A DNA stretch of 64,000 nt, from NCBI GenBank assembly GCA_963786935.1, contig CAWBAN010000001.1, positions 768,001-832,000 of the forward strand. The letters are read 5' to 3'. Position numbers and translations under genes: made by a program. Origin of the DNA: an uncultured bacterium (lineage in GTDB: Bacteria; Krumholzibacteriota; Krumholzibacteriia; Krumholzibacteriales; Krumholzibacteriaceae). The notes under the pieces are model-generated. The model was not told the origin of the DNA and made no database searches. It saw nothing but the letters and a program-made list of their open reading frames with translations. Shown in pieces: positions 28,947 through 39,219 of this stretch (positions are counted from its first letter, which is position 1; each line of letters opens with the position of its first letter).

Positions 28947-29835
28947 CATGGCGGCCGCCGGCTTCGACGCCCGGATCGCGGACGACCGCCGCGCGATCGA
29001 CAACCGGCTCGCCGAGCTCCTGCCGGGAGCGGACGAAGAGCCGGCGTCGCTGCACGGAGCGATGCGCTACGCGACGATCGACGGGGGGAAACGGCTGCGG
29101 GCGATTCTCTGCCTCGCGGGACACCGCCTCTGCGGCGATCCCCGGCGCGGCGCCGCGCTTGATGCGGCATGCGCGATCGAATGCCTGCACGCGTATACGC
29201 TCATTCATGACGATCTCCCGGCGCTCGACAACGACGACCTCCGGCGCGGGAAGCCGTCCTGTCACCGGGCGTGCGGCGAGGCGGTGGCGATTCTCGCGGG
29301 GGACGCGCTCCTGACGTTCGCGTTCGAGGCGCTCGCCCGGTGCGGCGCGCCCGCCGATCGGGTGCTCGAAGCGGTCGGCATCCTCTCCCGCGCGGCGGGA
29401 TCACGGTATCTCGTCGGCGGACAGGTCGCCGATCTCGAAGGGGAAGGGCGCGAGCCGACTGAGGCGCGCGTCAGCTTCATCCATTCCCGCAAAACGGCCG
29501 AGCTCATCGCGGCGTCTCTCTCGATCGGCGCGTCCCTCGCGATTTCGGATCGCGCGACGATCGAAAGAATCCACGACATCGGACGCTCGGCCGGATTCGC
29601 GTTCCAGATCATGGATGATATCCTGGATCTCGAGGGGAGCGCGGAGCAGGCCGGAAAAGCCTTGCGGAAGGACGAGAAAAGGAAGAAAATCACCTATCCG
29701 GCCCGCTTCGGCTTGGAGGCGTCCCGCGAAACGGCGCGCCGGCTGATCGCCGACGGCGCGCGCGAGATGAAAGCGCTCGGCGATGACGGCTACGTGAGCC
29801 ATATTTTTTCACTGATCGTCAACCGTTCATCCTGA
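28939..29835 (+). CDS. ispA: Polyprenyl (farnesyl) diphosphate synthase
   Basis: GGKRLR, LIHDDLPALDNDDLRRG, FQIMDDILD. Confidence 0.92.
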   Translation: MTSMAAAGFDARIADDRRAIDNRLAELLPGADEEPASLHGAMRYATIDGGKRLRAILCLAGHRLCGDPRRGAALDAACAIECLHAYTLIHDDLPALDNDDLRRGKPSCHRACGEAVAILAGDALLTFAFEALARCGAPADRVLEAVGILSRAAGSRYLVGGQVADLEGEGREPTEARVSFIHSRKTAELIAASLSIGASLAISDRATIERIHDIGRSAGFAFQIMDDILDLEGSAEQAGKALRKDEKRKKITYPARFGLEASRETARRLIADGAREMKALGDDGYVSHIFSLIVNRSS

Positions 29836-29836
29836 A

Positions 29837-30274
29837 ATGATCAAGCAGGCGCTGTACAGAGAGATCTTTCTCGTTCCCGTGATATGCGGGCTGCTCATCC
29901 AGGTCATCAAGCTGATCCTGGACTGCGTCACGGAGCGTCGGCTCGCGCTCGACGCCCTGACGCAGGCCGACGGGATGCCCAATCTGCATTCGGCCGTCTT
30001 CAGCTCGCTCTCGATGACCATCGGGATCAAATACGGATTCTCGTCTATTCTCTTCGCCGTCGTCGCCGGATTCAGCGTGATCATCATCCACGACACGATG
30101 CGGCTCAAGGGAGAGAAGGTCAAGCAGACGGACCTTCTGAACAGGATCATCTCGAGCAACGAGAGCTATCGGGACGTCACGGAGGACCGCGATTTGCGGA
30201 CGCTCCGCTTCAGGCCGCTCGACGTCCTCTCGGGAACGGTGCTCGGGATCATCGGCGCGTTTTGTCTGCTCTAG
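29837..30274 (+). CDS. Divergent PAP2 / DUF212 family membrane protein
   Basis: GMPNLHSA motif and TM helices; ispA-DUF212-dxs context. Confidence 0.7.
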   Translation: MIKQALYREIFLVPVICGLLIQVIKLILDCVTERRLALDALTQADGMPNLHSAVFSSLSMTIGIKYGFSSILFAVVAGFSVIIIHDTMRLKGEKVKQTDLLNRIISSNESYRDVTEDRDLRTLRFRPLDVLSGTVLGIIGAFCLL

Positions 30275-30283
30275 GAACAGCGG

Positions 30284-32193
30284 ATGGCCATGACGCATCT
30301 CGACCGTATAGGCGCTCCGGAGGATCTCAAGAAGCTCTCGCTCGACGAGCTCGGCGCTCTGAGCGAAGAGCTCCGGCAGTACATCATCGAGATCATATCG
30401 CTGCGCGGGGGGCACCTCGCGTCGAGCCTCGGCGCCGTCGAGATCGCGCTCGCGCTCCACTATGTGTTCGATTCGCCGCGCGACAAAATTCTCTGGGACG
30501 TCGGGCATCAGAGCTACGCGCACAAGATTATCACGGGGCGGCGGGAAGCGTTCAGGAACATCCGGACGCGCGGGGGGCCGAGCGGGTTCCCGAATCCCGT
30601 CGAGAGCGAGCACGACGCGTTCGGGGTGGGTCACGCGAGCACCTCGATCTCGGCGGCGCTCGGCTTCGCCGTGTCGCGCGATCTGCTCGGACAAGACCAC
30701 TTCGTCGTCGCGGTCATCGGCGACGGCGCGATATCGGGGGGCTCTCGTTCGAGGGAATCAACCAGGCGGGGCACCTCAAGCGGAACCGGTTCATCATCGT
30801 TCTCAACGACAACGAGATGTCGATCTCGCGGAACGTCGGCGCCCTCGCGCGGTACCTGACGAGAATCACGACTCAGAAGATCTATCTCCAGTTCGAGGCG
30901 GACGTCTGGGAGCTGCTCGGGAAGGTGCCGCGGTACGGATTGCGGGCGCGAAAGGTCGCGCGCCGGATGAAGGAGAGCATCAAGAATCTCCTCGTTCCCA
31001 CGATCCTCTTCGAGGAGCTCGGATTCCGGTATTTCGGCCCGCTCGACGGCCACGACCTGCCCCAGCTCATATCGGCGTTTTCGCAGATCCGGGAAGTGCC
31101 CGGCCCCGTGATCGTTCACCTGATGACCAAGAAAGGAAAGGGCTATACGTTCGCGGAGCAGGACGCGGAGAAGTTCCACGGCATCGGGAGCTTTTATAAG
31201 GCGACGGGCGCCTCGAAGAGCAACGGCACGAAACCGACCTACAGCGAGGTGTTCGGCGCCGCCCTCGTCGAGCTCGCGCGGCGCGATCCGCGCGTGGTCG
31301 CTGTCACCGCCGCGATGAAGGAGGGGACGGGGCTCGCGCCGTTCGCGGCAGAGTTCCCGGAACGTTTCTTCGACGTGGGCATCGCCGAGCAGCACGCGGT
31401 CACCTTCGCGGCGGGGCTCGCGCGCTCCGGCCTCAAGCCGTTCGTGGCGGTTTATTCCACGTTCCTCCAGCGCGGGTTCGATCAGATCATCCACGACGTG
31501 GCGCTGCAGCGCCTCGGCGTGCGCTTCGTGCTCGACCGGGCAGGGCTCGTGGGAGAGGACGGGCCGACGCATCACGGCGCCTTCGATCTGAGCTATCTGC
31601 GCCTCGTGCCGGGAATGGTCGTGATGGCGCCGCGGGACGACGGGGAGCTGCGGAGCATGATGCTCGCCATGCTCGAGCACGACGCGGGGCCGATCGCGAT
31701 CCGGTTCCCGCGCGGAACGGCGGTCGTGGCGCCCCGGCGCTCGCCCGAGGTCGCCGCGCCGATCGGCAGGGGGGAGACGCTTCGCCGGGGCGCCGACGCG
31801 GCGCTCGTCTGCATCGGATCGATGGTGGAAGTCGCCCGCTCGGCCGCGGATCTGCTGGCGAACGCGGGAATTTCGGTATCGCTGATAGACGCGAAATTCG
31901 TCAAGCCGCTCGACGCCGAGCTCCTGCTCTCCGCCGCCGGGGAGTCGCGGATCGTCTTCGCGCTCGAGGAGAGCGCGCGCGCGGGAGGCTTCGGGGACGC
32001 GATTCTCGAGTTCTTTTCGGAGCGCGCTCCGGGAACGCGGGTCGTGACCATCGGCCTTCCGGATCGATTCGTGCCGCACGGCAAGCGGGAGGATCTGCTC
32101 GCGGAGGTCGGCCTGTCCCCGGAGACGGTGGCCGCGGAAGTTTCCCGTTTCATCGGACCGGGCGCGGGGGCCCGTCACGGAGGAAATCGATGA
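30284..32193 (+). CDS. dxs: 1-deoxy-D-xylulose-5-phosphate synthase with an apparent 1-nt frameshift at the G-run 30736-30741
   Basis: First frame: [26 protein letters not shown]. Second frame continues GGLSFEGIN...[23 protein letters not shown]. Adding one G joins them. Confidence 0.93.
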
Positions 32194-33053
32194 AAATAAC
32201 GAAGCTCGGTGTGGTCGCCAATTCGAAAAAGAAGGATATCCGCGGAGTCATCGCGGACGTGCTCGCGATGATCCCCGGGGGGGTGACCGCGTGCGGGCTC
32301 GAGGAGACGGCGGCGCTGGCGAGCGCCGGCGCGATCCGGCCCGTCGAGGGCTTGAGCGGGTGCGACGCGGTGCTCGCGCTCGGCGGCGACGGCACCCTGC
32401 TCATGGCGGCGCGCCTCGTGGCCGACGAGGAGATCCCGCTCCTCGGCATCAAGATCAGGAGCCTCGGCTTTCTCGCCGAGGACGATCCGCGGCGCGCGAT
32501 CGGGGATCTGTTCGCGGGACGCTTCTCGATTCAGGATCGTCTCCGGCTCTCGATCGTCTGCGAAGGGGGGGGCGGGGGGCCGAGAACGTTCTCCGCGCTG
32601 AACGACGCGGTCATCCACGGGGCGGGCGTGTCGCGGGTGCTCCATCTCGAGACGACGATGAACGGAACGGTGCTCGGCGAATACCTGGCCGACGGCGTGA
32701 TCGTGGCGACCCCGACGGGATCGACGGCCTATTCGCTCGCGGCGGGAGGGCCGATCGTCAACCCGACGAGCGTCGAGGCGTTCGTCATCACCCCGCTCTG
32801 CCCGCATTCGCTCTCCGTCCGTCCGATCGTCGTGAGCGCTTCCGAGACGATCTCCGTCGCGGTCGTCGAAGAGGCGCAGGAGACGCTCCTCACGATCGAC
32901 GGCCAGCAGTCGTGCGCGATCGGGAGCGCTCACCGGGTCACGTTCAAACGCTGCCCGAAGGCGACGAAGCTCATCGTGACGGGGGGCTACAGCTTCTACG
33001 ATACGGTTCGGCGGAAACTCAAGTGGGGCGGGATGCTTCGACAGGATCATTGA
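32190..33053 (+). CDS. nadK: NAD kinase
   Basis: LGGDGTLL, ALNDAV, DGVIVATPTGSTAYSLAAGG. Confidence 0.95.
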   Translation: MKITKLGVVANSKKKDIRGVIADVLAMIPGGVTACGLEETAALASAGAIRPVEGLSGCDAVLALGGDGTLLMAARLVADEEIPLLGIKIRSLGFLAEDDPRRAIGDLFAGRFSIQDRLRLSIVCEGGGGGPRTFSALNDAVIHGAGVSRVLHLETTMNGTVLGEYLADGVIVATPTGSTAYSLAAGGPIVNPTSVEAFVITPLCPHSLSVRPIVVSASETISVAVVEEAQETLLTIDGQQSCAIGSAHRVTFKRCPKATKLIVTGGYSFYDTVRRKLKWGGMLRQDH

Positions 33054-33069
33054 CCGGGGGAGGTTGGGG

Positions 33070-34761
33070 ATGCTCAGGGAGATCCGGATTCGCAATCTGG
33101 CGATCGTCGAGGACGCGGCGATACCGTTCACCGAGGGGCTCAACGTCATGACGGGGTCGACGGGCGCGGGGAAATCGATCATCCTCGCCGCCGTCGATCT
33201 CCTCTCCGGCGCGCGGGCGCGCAAGTCGCTCATCCGGAAAGGGGCGGCGAGCCTGACCGTCGAAGGGATCTTTTCGGTCGATGATCGCTGGCCGCTCCGC
33301 GGGCGGCTCGGCCTGTCGGCGGGCGAATCGGAGCTGTCCATCCGCCGCGAGCTCGCGGCCGACGGGCGGAACAGGATCTGGATCAACGGCATGCTCTCGA
33401 CCGTGGCGTCGTCGCAGGAATCGGCGAGCGCCCTCATCGAGCTGCACGGTCAGCACCGGCAACAGGAATTCCTCGATCCGGCCAATCACATCGCGTACCT
33501 CGACGCGTGGGGGGACTACGGCGAGCCGCTCGATCGCGCCGCGGCGGCGATCGCCGCGTTCACGGGGGCCTCGGAGCGCCTCGCTCGCCTCGTCGCCGAA
33601 GAGGAGGAGCACCGCCGCCGCGAGGATTACCTGCGCTTCCAGCTCGCCGAGCTCGAGGAGCTGAAGCTCGAGCCCGATCTGGACCGCCGGCTCGAAACGA
33701 AAATCAAGCAGATCGAGAACAAACAGCGGTATATCTCGGCTCTCCAGGAGGCGCTCCGGTCCCTCGAGGGGGAGGAGGGCTCGGCCGCGGAGCGGCTGGT
33801 TCGGGCCGCGCGGTCGCTCGAATCGATCGCGGTGATCAACACCGCGTGGGGGAACGAGGCCGAGGCGATCACGGCGGCGCGGATATCGGTTCAGGACGTC
33901 GCGCGCGCGATCGCGCGTTCGCTCGCGGAGGCGGAGGACGCGTCCGAGGATATCGAGAGTCTCCAGCAGCGACTCGCCGCCATCCAGCGCGCGAGTCGGA
34001 AGCATTTGCTCGATTGCGCGGGGCTCGTTTCGAAGCGCGACGAGCTTCGGGATATCCTCGCGGCCCTCGACGGGGGCTCGGCGGCGGTCGAGGAGGCGAA
34101 ACGCGAGCGGGAGCGAGCGCGGCGGACGCTCGTTCCGATGCTGGAGGAACTGAGCGCGCGGCGCGTGAAGAGCGCCGGGCGGCTCGACCGGCAGGTGACC
34201 GGGGAGCTGCAGAAGCTCGGGATGAAGGGCGCGCTCTTCGCGACGAAGGTCGAGCGCCTCGAAAATAACGCTTTGCAAGAGAGCGGCGGTGCCATACATT
34301 TAACGCCGAGAGGCTGGGATCGAGTCGAGTTCACGATCCGGACGAACGTCGGCGAGGAGATCCATCCTCTCGCGGATATCGCCTCGGGCGGCGAGCTGTC
34401 GAGAATCACGCTCGTGCTCAAGAAGCTCGAGGTCGAGGAGAAGCGGATCCCGACGCTCATATTCGACGAGATCGATACGGGGCTCGGGGCGGATCTCGGC
34501 GGCGTGGTCGCCGAGAGGCTTTCCGAGCTCTCGCGGCGATATCAGATCATCTGCATCACCCATCTGCCGCAGGTGGCCGCGCAGGCCGCCCACCACATCA
34601 GGGTGGAAAAGCAGGTGCGGGGAGAGCGGACGATCGCCTCCGCGCGGATCCTCGAGGGACGCGATCGCGTCGCCGAGATCGCGCGGATGCTCGGCGGCAC
34701 AGGAAAGCTCCGCGAGGAACTCGCGGAAGAGCTTCTCGATAACGGCAAGGGGCGCCCGTAG
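33070..34761 (+). CDS. recN: DNA repair protein RecN
   Basis: TGSTGAGKS, HGQH, ASGGELSR, IFDEID, CITHLPQVAA; the stop codon lies inside the following tRNA. Confidence 0.96.
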   Translation: MLREIRIRNLAIVEDAAIPFTEGLNVMTGSTGAGKSIILAAVDLLSGARARKSLIRKGAASLTVEGIFSVDDRWPLRGRLGLSAGESELSIRRELAADGRNRIWINGMLSTVASSQESASALIELHGQHRQQEFLDPANHIAYLDAWGDYGEPLDRAAAAIAAFTGASERLARLVAEEEEHRRREDYLRFQLAELEELKLEPDLDRRLETKIKQIENKQRYISALQEALRSLEGEEGSAAERLVRAARSLESIAVINTAWGNEAEAITAARISVQDVARAIARSLAEAEDASEDIESLQQRLAAIQRASRKHLLDCAGLVSKRDELRDILAALDGGSAAVEEAKRERERARRTLVPMLEELSARRVKSAGRLDRQVTGELQKLGMKGALFATKVERLENNALQESGGAIHLTPRGWDRVEFTIRTNVGEEIHPLADIASGGELSRITLVLKKLEVEEKRIPTLIFDEIDTGLGADLGGVVAERLSELSRRYQIICITHLPQVAAQAAHHIRVEKQVRGERTIASARILEGRDRVAEIARMLGGTGKLREELAEELLDNGKGRP

Positions 34762-34828
34762 CTCAGCTGGATAGAGCACCAGCCTCCGGAGCTGGGTGTC
34801 GGAGGTTCGAATCCTCTCGGGCGCGCCA
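34752..34828 (+). tRNA. tRNA-Arg(CCG)
   Basis: Acceptor GCGCCCG/CGGGCGC; anticodon arm CCAGC-CT CCG GA-GCTGG; GGTTCGAATCC; CCA. Confidence 0.97.
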
Positions 34829-34864
34829 TCTTTTTTTACCGGACGCTCCGCGGGAAGGGCTCTC

Positions 34865-36583
34865 GTGAACGCATTCGGGTCGGTGCTGCTCGCTACCGCG
34901 ATCGCGATCCATGCGGTATCGGGTGCGGGGAGCGCCGCCGCGCCCCCTGAGCCGCGGGCCGGCGTGGCCGCGCGCATCGGCGTTTCGACGGACGCCGCGG
35001 CCGCCGTCGAGCGGGATTCCCTCGAATCGATGGTCAGGTTTCTCTCGGTCGACCCCGCCGCCGGCGTTCCCCGGAGCCGGTACGCGCTGCGGGAAGCGCC
35101 GCTCCTCCTCATAGCCGATTCGCTCGCGGCGCGCCTCTCGCGGTACACGGGCTCTTCCGTCGAGCGGTACCCGTTCACCTTCGAGCGGAGCGTCGGCGTC
35201 GATGCGACGGACAGCTCCTTCACCGGCTGGAATCTCGCCGCGCGCGTCCTGGGCACCGGCGCCGTCTCGGGCGTATTTCTCATCACGGCTCATTTCGACG
35301 CGACCGCGTCGCGGACGCCCGGCTGGGCGGGCAATTGGCGGACATGGCCGGCGCCGGGCGCCGACGACAACGCGACGGGAGTCGCGGCCCTCATGGAGGC
35401 CGCGCGCGTCCTGTCGCCGCGGGACCTTCCGTTCGATCTCATGTTCGTGCTCTTCTCGGCCGAGGAGCTGGGTCTTCTCGGGAGCCGGGCCTTCGTCGAG
35501 GCGCTGCCCGACATCGATCCCGGCAGGATCATCGGCGTGCTCAATTGCGACATGATCGGCTATCCGCTCAACGGGTATCCCGCGGGAACGGTTGTTTCGA
35601 ATCCTTCGTCGGACTGGCTCGCGGGGCTCGTCGCGGAGTCGGCGGCGCAGAGCGACCCGTCCTTCCCGCTCGCCGTCCTGAGCCCCGGTCCGTCGAATTC
35701 GGATCACGCGCCCTTCTGGGAGGCTTCGATTCCCGCGGTGATGTTCATCGAGCCGCTCGAGGAAACGATGCTCATCGGGTCCCCGTACTACCACACGATC
35801 GTCGATACGACCGGCAACGTCGACTTCGAGCAGGCGGACCGCATCACGCGGATCGTCGTCGATTTCATCGAGCGCGCCGCGGCGGCGGACGCCGAGGCTT
35901 CGCTGCTCCCCTCGGACGTCGTGCTTCTCAGGCGCGGTTACCCCGTATCGAGCCGGGCGTTCGCGATCGGCGACACGATGACCGTGCGCGTCGTGGCCCG
36001 GAACCGGGGGAGCGAGGAAGCGCCGGCGGGAAGCGACATGCGCCTGTCCATTCTCATCGAGAACGCATCGCTCAGGCGGACCCTCTATTCGGAAATTCTT
36101 CCGGTTCCGGCTCCGCTCGACGCGGAAACGGCCTCGGCGCGCGTCGTGCTCGACGAGAGCCTTCTCGGCGCGAACACGGTCGAGGCGTCCATCTCGGTGC
36201 GCGGGATGAGCGACGACCCGGCGGACAACGTCGCTGAAATCTGGCTCTCCGTGGAAGGAGAGGAGCAGGTCGTTCTCATGCACGCGGTTCAGCCGAACCC
36301 GGTGACGTCGGGGATCGGGGAGGCCGCCTTCTGCGTGAATCTTACGCGCGGCGCCGATATCGGGATCTTTCTGCACAACCTCGAAGGCGAGCTCATCGGA
36401 ACGGCCTACGCGGGCTCCCGATGGGGGGAGCCGCTGAAGGCCGGCATGAACTGCCTTCGTCTCGGCGACCTCTTTCCGGGCCTCGGCCGGCTGGCGTCGG
36501 GAATCTATTTGTACCGGCTCGTCGTGTACGACGGCGGCGCGATCGGGGCGAGCTACGCGGGCCGTTTCGCCGTGCAGGAGTGA
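34865..36583 (+). CDS. Secreted M28-family metallopeptidase with a CARDB-like domain and a T9SS-CTD/FlgD-Ig-like C-terminus
   Basis: Signal peptide; TAHFD, PGADDNATG, FSAEELGLLGS, LNCDMIG, SDHAPF, YHT; tail QPNPV...HNLEGELI...LASGIYLYRL. Confidence 0.8.
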   Translation: MNAFGSVLLATAIAIHAVSGAGSAAAPPEPRAGVAARIGVSTDAAAAVERDSLESMVRFLSVDPAAGVPRSRYALREAPLLLIADSLAARLSRYTGSSVERYPFTFERSVGVDATDSSFTGWNLAARVLGTGAVSGVFLITAHFDATASRTPGWAGNWRTWPAPGADDNATGVAALMEAARVLSPRDLPFDLMFVLFSAEELGLLGSRAFVEALPDIDPGRIIGVLNCDMIGYPLNGYPAGTVVSNPSSDWLAGLVAESAAQSDPSFPLAVLSPGPSNSDHAPFWEASIPAVMFIEPLEETMLIGSPYYHTIVDTTGNVDFEQADRITRIVVDFIERAAAADAEASLLPSDVVLLRRGYPVSSRAFAIGDTMTVRVVARNRGSEEAPAGSDMRLSILIENASLRRTLYSEILPVPAPLDAETASARVVLDESLLGANTVEASISVRGMSDDPADNVAEIWLSVEGEEQVVLMHAVQPNPVTSGIGEAAFCVNLTRGADIGIFLHNLEGELIGTAYAGSRWGEPLKAGMNCLRLGDLFPGLGRLASGIYLYRLVVYDGGAIGASYAGRFAVQE

Positions 36584-36594
36584 GGTGCATTTCC

Positions 36595-36930
36595 ATGCCG
36601 TTCGATTTCAGAAAGCAGGCGCGGCGCCGGAGATTCGGCTCGTCGGCGGGGGACCGGCTCGCGCGCTCGAGGGAGTACTATTACTCGTTATTCACCACCC
36701 TCGGGGTGAAAATTGTACTTTTTTTCTTCCTCTGGATGCTTTTCGGCTCCGCGGTCCGCGTCATGCGGAAGAGCTTCAAGAACGTGTCGGACGCCTGGAA
36801 AATCGCGTTGCCCGCCGCGGTTGCGTTCATCGCCCTCCTGATAGGGTATCATATTTATAAAAATATCAAGGAGATACGGCGATGCGGCCGCGAGCTCGCG
36901 GAAGAGCGCAAGAAAAGCCTCGGCGCCTGA
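36595..36930 (+). CDS. Hypothetical 2-TM membrane protein
   Basis: GAGGTG SD; two hydrophobic helices. Confidence 0.6.
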   Translation: MPFDFRKQARRRRFGSSAGDRLARSREYYYSLFTTLGVKIVLFFFLWMLFGSAVRVMRKSFKNVSDAWKIALPAAVAFIALLIGYHIYKNIKEIRRCGRELAEERKKSLGA

Positions 36931-37025
36931 CCGCGGAACCCCCTCTCTTCCCGCCTGTCATTTGAGCGTATCTCGTTTCGTGGCATATATATTGCGTATC
37001 CCGCTGCGGTCCCGAACGAAACCGG

Positions 37026-38081
37026 ATGATCATGGTGCGAACCTGCGACGACAAAGACATCCTCTTCAAGACCTTTGCCGAGATCACGAGCCTCATGAGC
37101 TCCGGCAAGGACAACCGGATCATTCTGCAGAAAATCATCGAGAACGCCTTGAGCATTCTGCCGTCGCGAAAAGTCTATCTCATCTTCCTCGACAATCAGC
37201 GCATCGTGAAGTACACGGGGATGATCCGGGACCGGGGGAGACGAATCGCCGTGGAAGACATGCCGGCCTCCGCGGGCATCGTGAACTGGCTGCATCGGGA
37301 GTACGATTCGGTGAAGAGCGCCGAGCGGGTCCTGTCGCTCGACCTGTCGGTCCTCGCGACGGAGTTCCTCCATGACGAGGATTCCAGCAGCACCGTCGTG
37401 TCGGCGCCGCTCATCGCGAAGAACTCGCTCTTCGGCGTCATCATCGCCATCAACGACAAGGATCGGCGCCCGTTCAGCGAAGACGACATTCATCTGCTGA
37501 CGATCATGGCGAACCAGGCGGCGATCGCTTTCGAGAACTACGTCCTCTACAAGAAGCTCGAGGTCGAATCGATCACGGACGGGCTCACCGGAATCTACAA
37601 CTATCGGTTCCTCATTCGTTCGATCAAGCTCGAGATGAAGCGGGCGAAACGGTTCGCGTACGCGTGCAGCTTCGTCATGATCGACGTCGACAATCTCAAG
37701 GAATACAACGATCGCAACGGCCATCTCTCCGGCTCGCGGGCGCTGCGGGACATCGCCCAGGTGATCACGCGGAACTGCCGGGAGATCGACCTCGTGGCGA
37801 AATACGGCGGCGACGAATTCGCCCTGCTGCTGCCGCACACGGGGCTCGAGGGAGCCATGCGGCTCGGGGAGCGCATGCTGAAGGCGATCCGGCATTTCAA
37901 GTTCGACGGCGTAACGCCGGAGCTGCTCACGTGCAGCATGGGGGTCGCCGTCTATCCCGACGACGCCCGCACCGTCGAGACGCTCATCGATCGGGCGGAC
38001 GCGGCGTTGTACGTCGCGAAATCGCGGGGAAAAAACAGCGTCGTGAGCTACCGCGCGGTCGATCCCGCGACCGCCGTATGA
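37026..38081 (+). CDS. GAF-GGDEF diguanylate cyclase
   Basis: GAF domain (FSEDDIHLLTIMANQAAIA), TDGLTG, GGDEF with upstream RxxD I-site (REID). Confidence 0.93.
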   Translation: MIMVRTCDDKDILFKTFAEITSLMSSGKDNRIILQKIIENALSILPSRKVYLIFLDNQRIVKYTGMIRDRGRRIAVEDMPASAGIVNWLHREYDSVKSAERVLSLDLSVLATEFLHDEDSSSTVVSAPLIAKNSLFGVIIAINDKDRRPFSEDDIHLLTIMANQAAIAFENYVLYKKLEVESITDGLTGIYNYRFLIRSIKLEMKRAKRFAYACSFVMIDVDNLKEYNDRNGHLSGSRALRDIAQVITRNCREIDLVAKYGGDEFALLLPHTGLEGAMRLGERMLKAIRHFKFDGVTPELLTCSMGVAVYPDDARTVETLIDRADAALYVAKSRGKNSVVSYRAVDPATAV

Positions 38082-38200
38082 TGTATTGAACAGCCGTCCC
38101 GATGAGGTGTATCATCGGGGCGCCGCCGGCGTGCCGCGCGGCGAACGACCGCCGCCGGGGGACGCCGGCTGAGCACGGGTGCACGAATCTCGGAGGATCT

Positions 38201-39139
38201 ATGGCGCGCTATCTCGTAACGGGTGGAGCCGGATTCATCGGATCGAATATCGTCGAAGCGCTCGTCGAGCGGGGGGAACAGGTCGTCGTTCTCGACGATC
38301 TCTCGACCGGATTCGAAAAGAACATCGCGCATCTGCGGAACGAGATCACGTTCATAAAGGGAGACATCAGGGACGCCGAGACGGTCCGCGAGGCGCTCGC
38401 CGGCGTCGACTACGTCATCCATGAGGCGGCGCTCGCCTCGGTTCCCCGGAGCATCGAGGACCCGGTGCTCGTGACCGACGTGAACGTGCGTGGCACGTTG
38501 ATCATGCTCGAGGAGTCCCGGCGCGCCGGCGTGAAGCGATTCGTCTACGCCGCTTCATCGTCCGCGTACGGCGACACGGAGACGTTGCCGAAGGTGGAAA
38601 CGATGACGCCGAAGCCGCTCTCCCCGTACGCGGCGAGCAAGCTCATGGGGGAGTACTACTGCGCGGTGTACGCTCACGTGTACGGCCTGTCGACGGTGTC
38701 GCTCCGCTATTTCAACATCTTCGGCCCGCGTCAGGATCCGAAGAGCCAGTATTCGGCCGTCATACCGATCTTCGTTTCGCACCTGCTGGCGGGGAAAGCG
38801 CCGACCATCTTCGGGGACGGCGCTCAGAGCAGGGACTTCACCTTCGTGGCGAACGTCGTCGAGGCGAACATCGCGGCGTCGCGATGCGAGGAGGCGCGGG
38901 GGCAGGCGGTCAACATCGCGTGCGGCGGCCATTACACGCTGAACGAGCTGTTCGCGGAGATGCAGCGCATCATCGGCTCCTCGGTCACGCCGCGGTACGC
39001 CGAGGCGCGGCCCGGCGACGTCAGGCACTCGCACGCCGACATCTCGGCGGCGGCGAAGCTCATCGGCTACCGCGTCGCGGTTCCGTTCGAAGAGGGAATC
39101 ACGCGGACGATCGCATGGTACCGCGCGGCGCACGCGTAA
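38201..39139 (+). CDS. NAD-dependent nucleotide-sugar epimerase (WbpP/GalE-like SDR)
   Basis: VTGGAGFIGS, ASSSAYG, YAASK, LRYFNIFGPRQDP. Confidence 0.92.
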   Translation: MARYLVTGGAGFIGSNIVEALVERGEQVVVLDDLSTGFEKNIAHLRNEITFIKGDIRDAETVREALAGVDYVIHEAALASVPRSIEDPVLVTDVNVRGTLIMLEESRRAGVKRFVYAASSSAYGDTETLPKVETMTPKPLSPYAASKLMGEYYCAVYAHVYGLSTVSLRYFNIFGPRQDPKSQYSAVIPIFVSHLLAGKAPTIFGDGAQSRDFTFVANVVEANIAASRCEEARGQAVNIACGGHYTLNELFAEMQRIIGSSVTPRYAEARPGDVRHSHADISAAAKLIGYRVAVPFEEGITRTIAWYRAAHA

Positions 39140-39219
39140 ATCCCGTGCCGTTTTCTCTTTACAGGCCGCTTCGCGAGACGATAGGATGCCTGAGGCATAT
39201 ACGAAAGGCGGCACCCGAA

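Noticed and set aside
30730..30750. dxs split into two frames (pseudogene, phase variation or programmed frameshift?)
   Set aside because: One missing G in a G6 run restores [13 protein letters not shown]. Both halves are otherwise intact, and the same error type occurs in leuS, so a homopolymer sequencing error is most likely. Needs read inspection.
34796..34864. N-terminal extension of the M28 peptidase starting inside tRNA-Arg
   Set aside because: GTG at 34865 gives a proper SD and signal peptide; the extension is an ORF-caller artefact.
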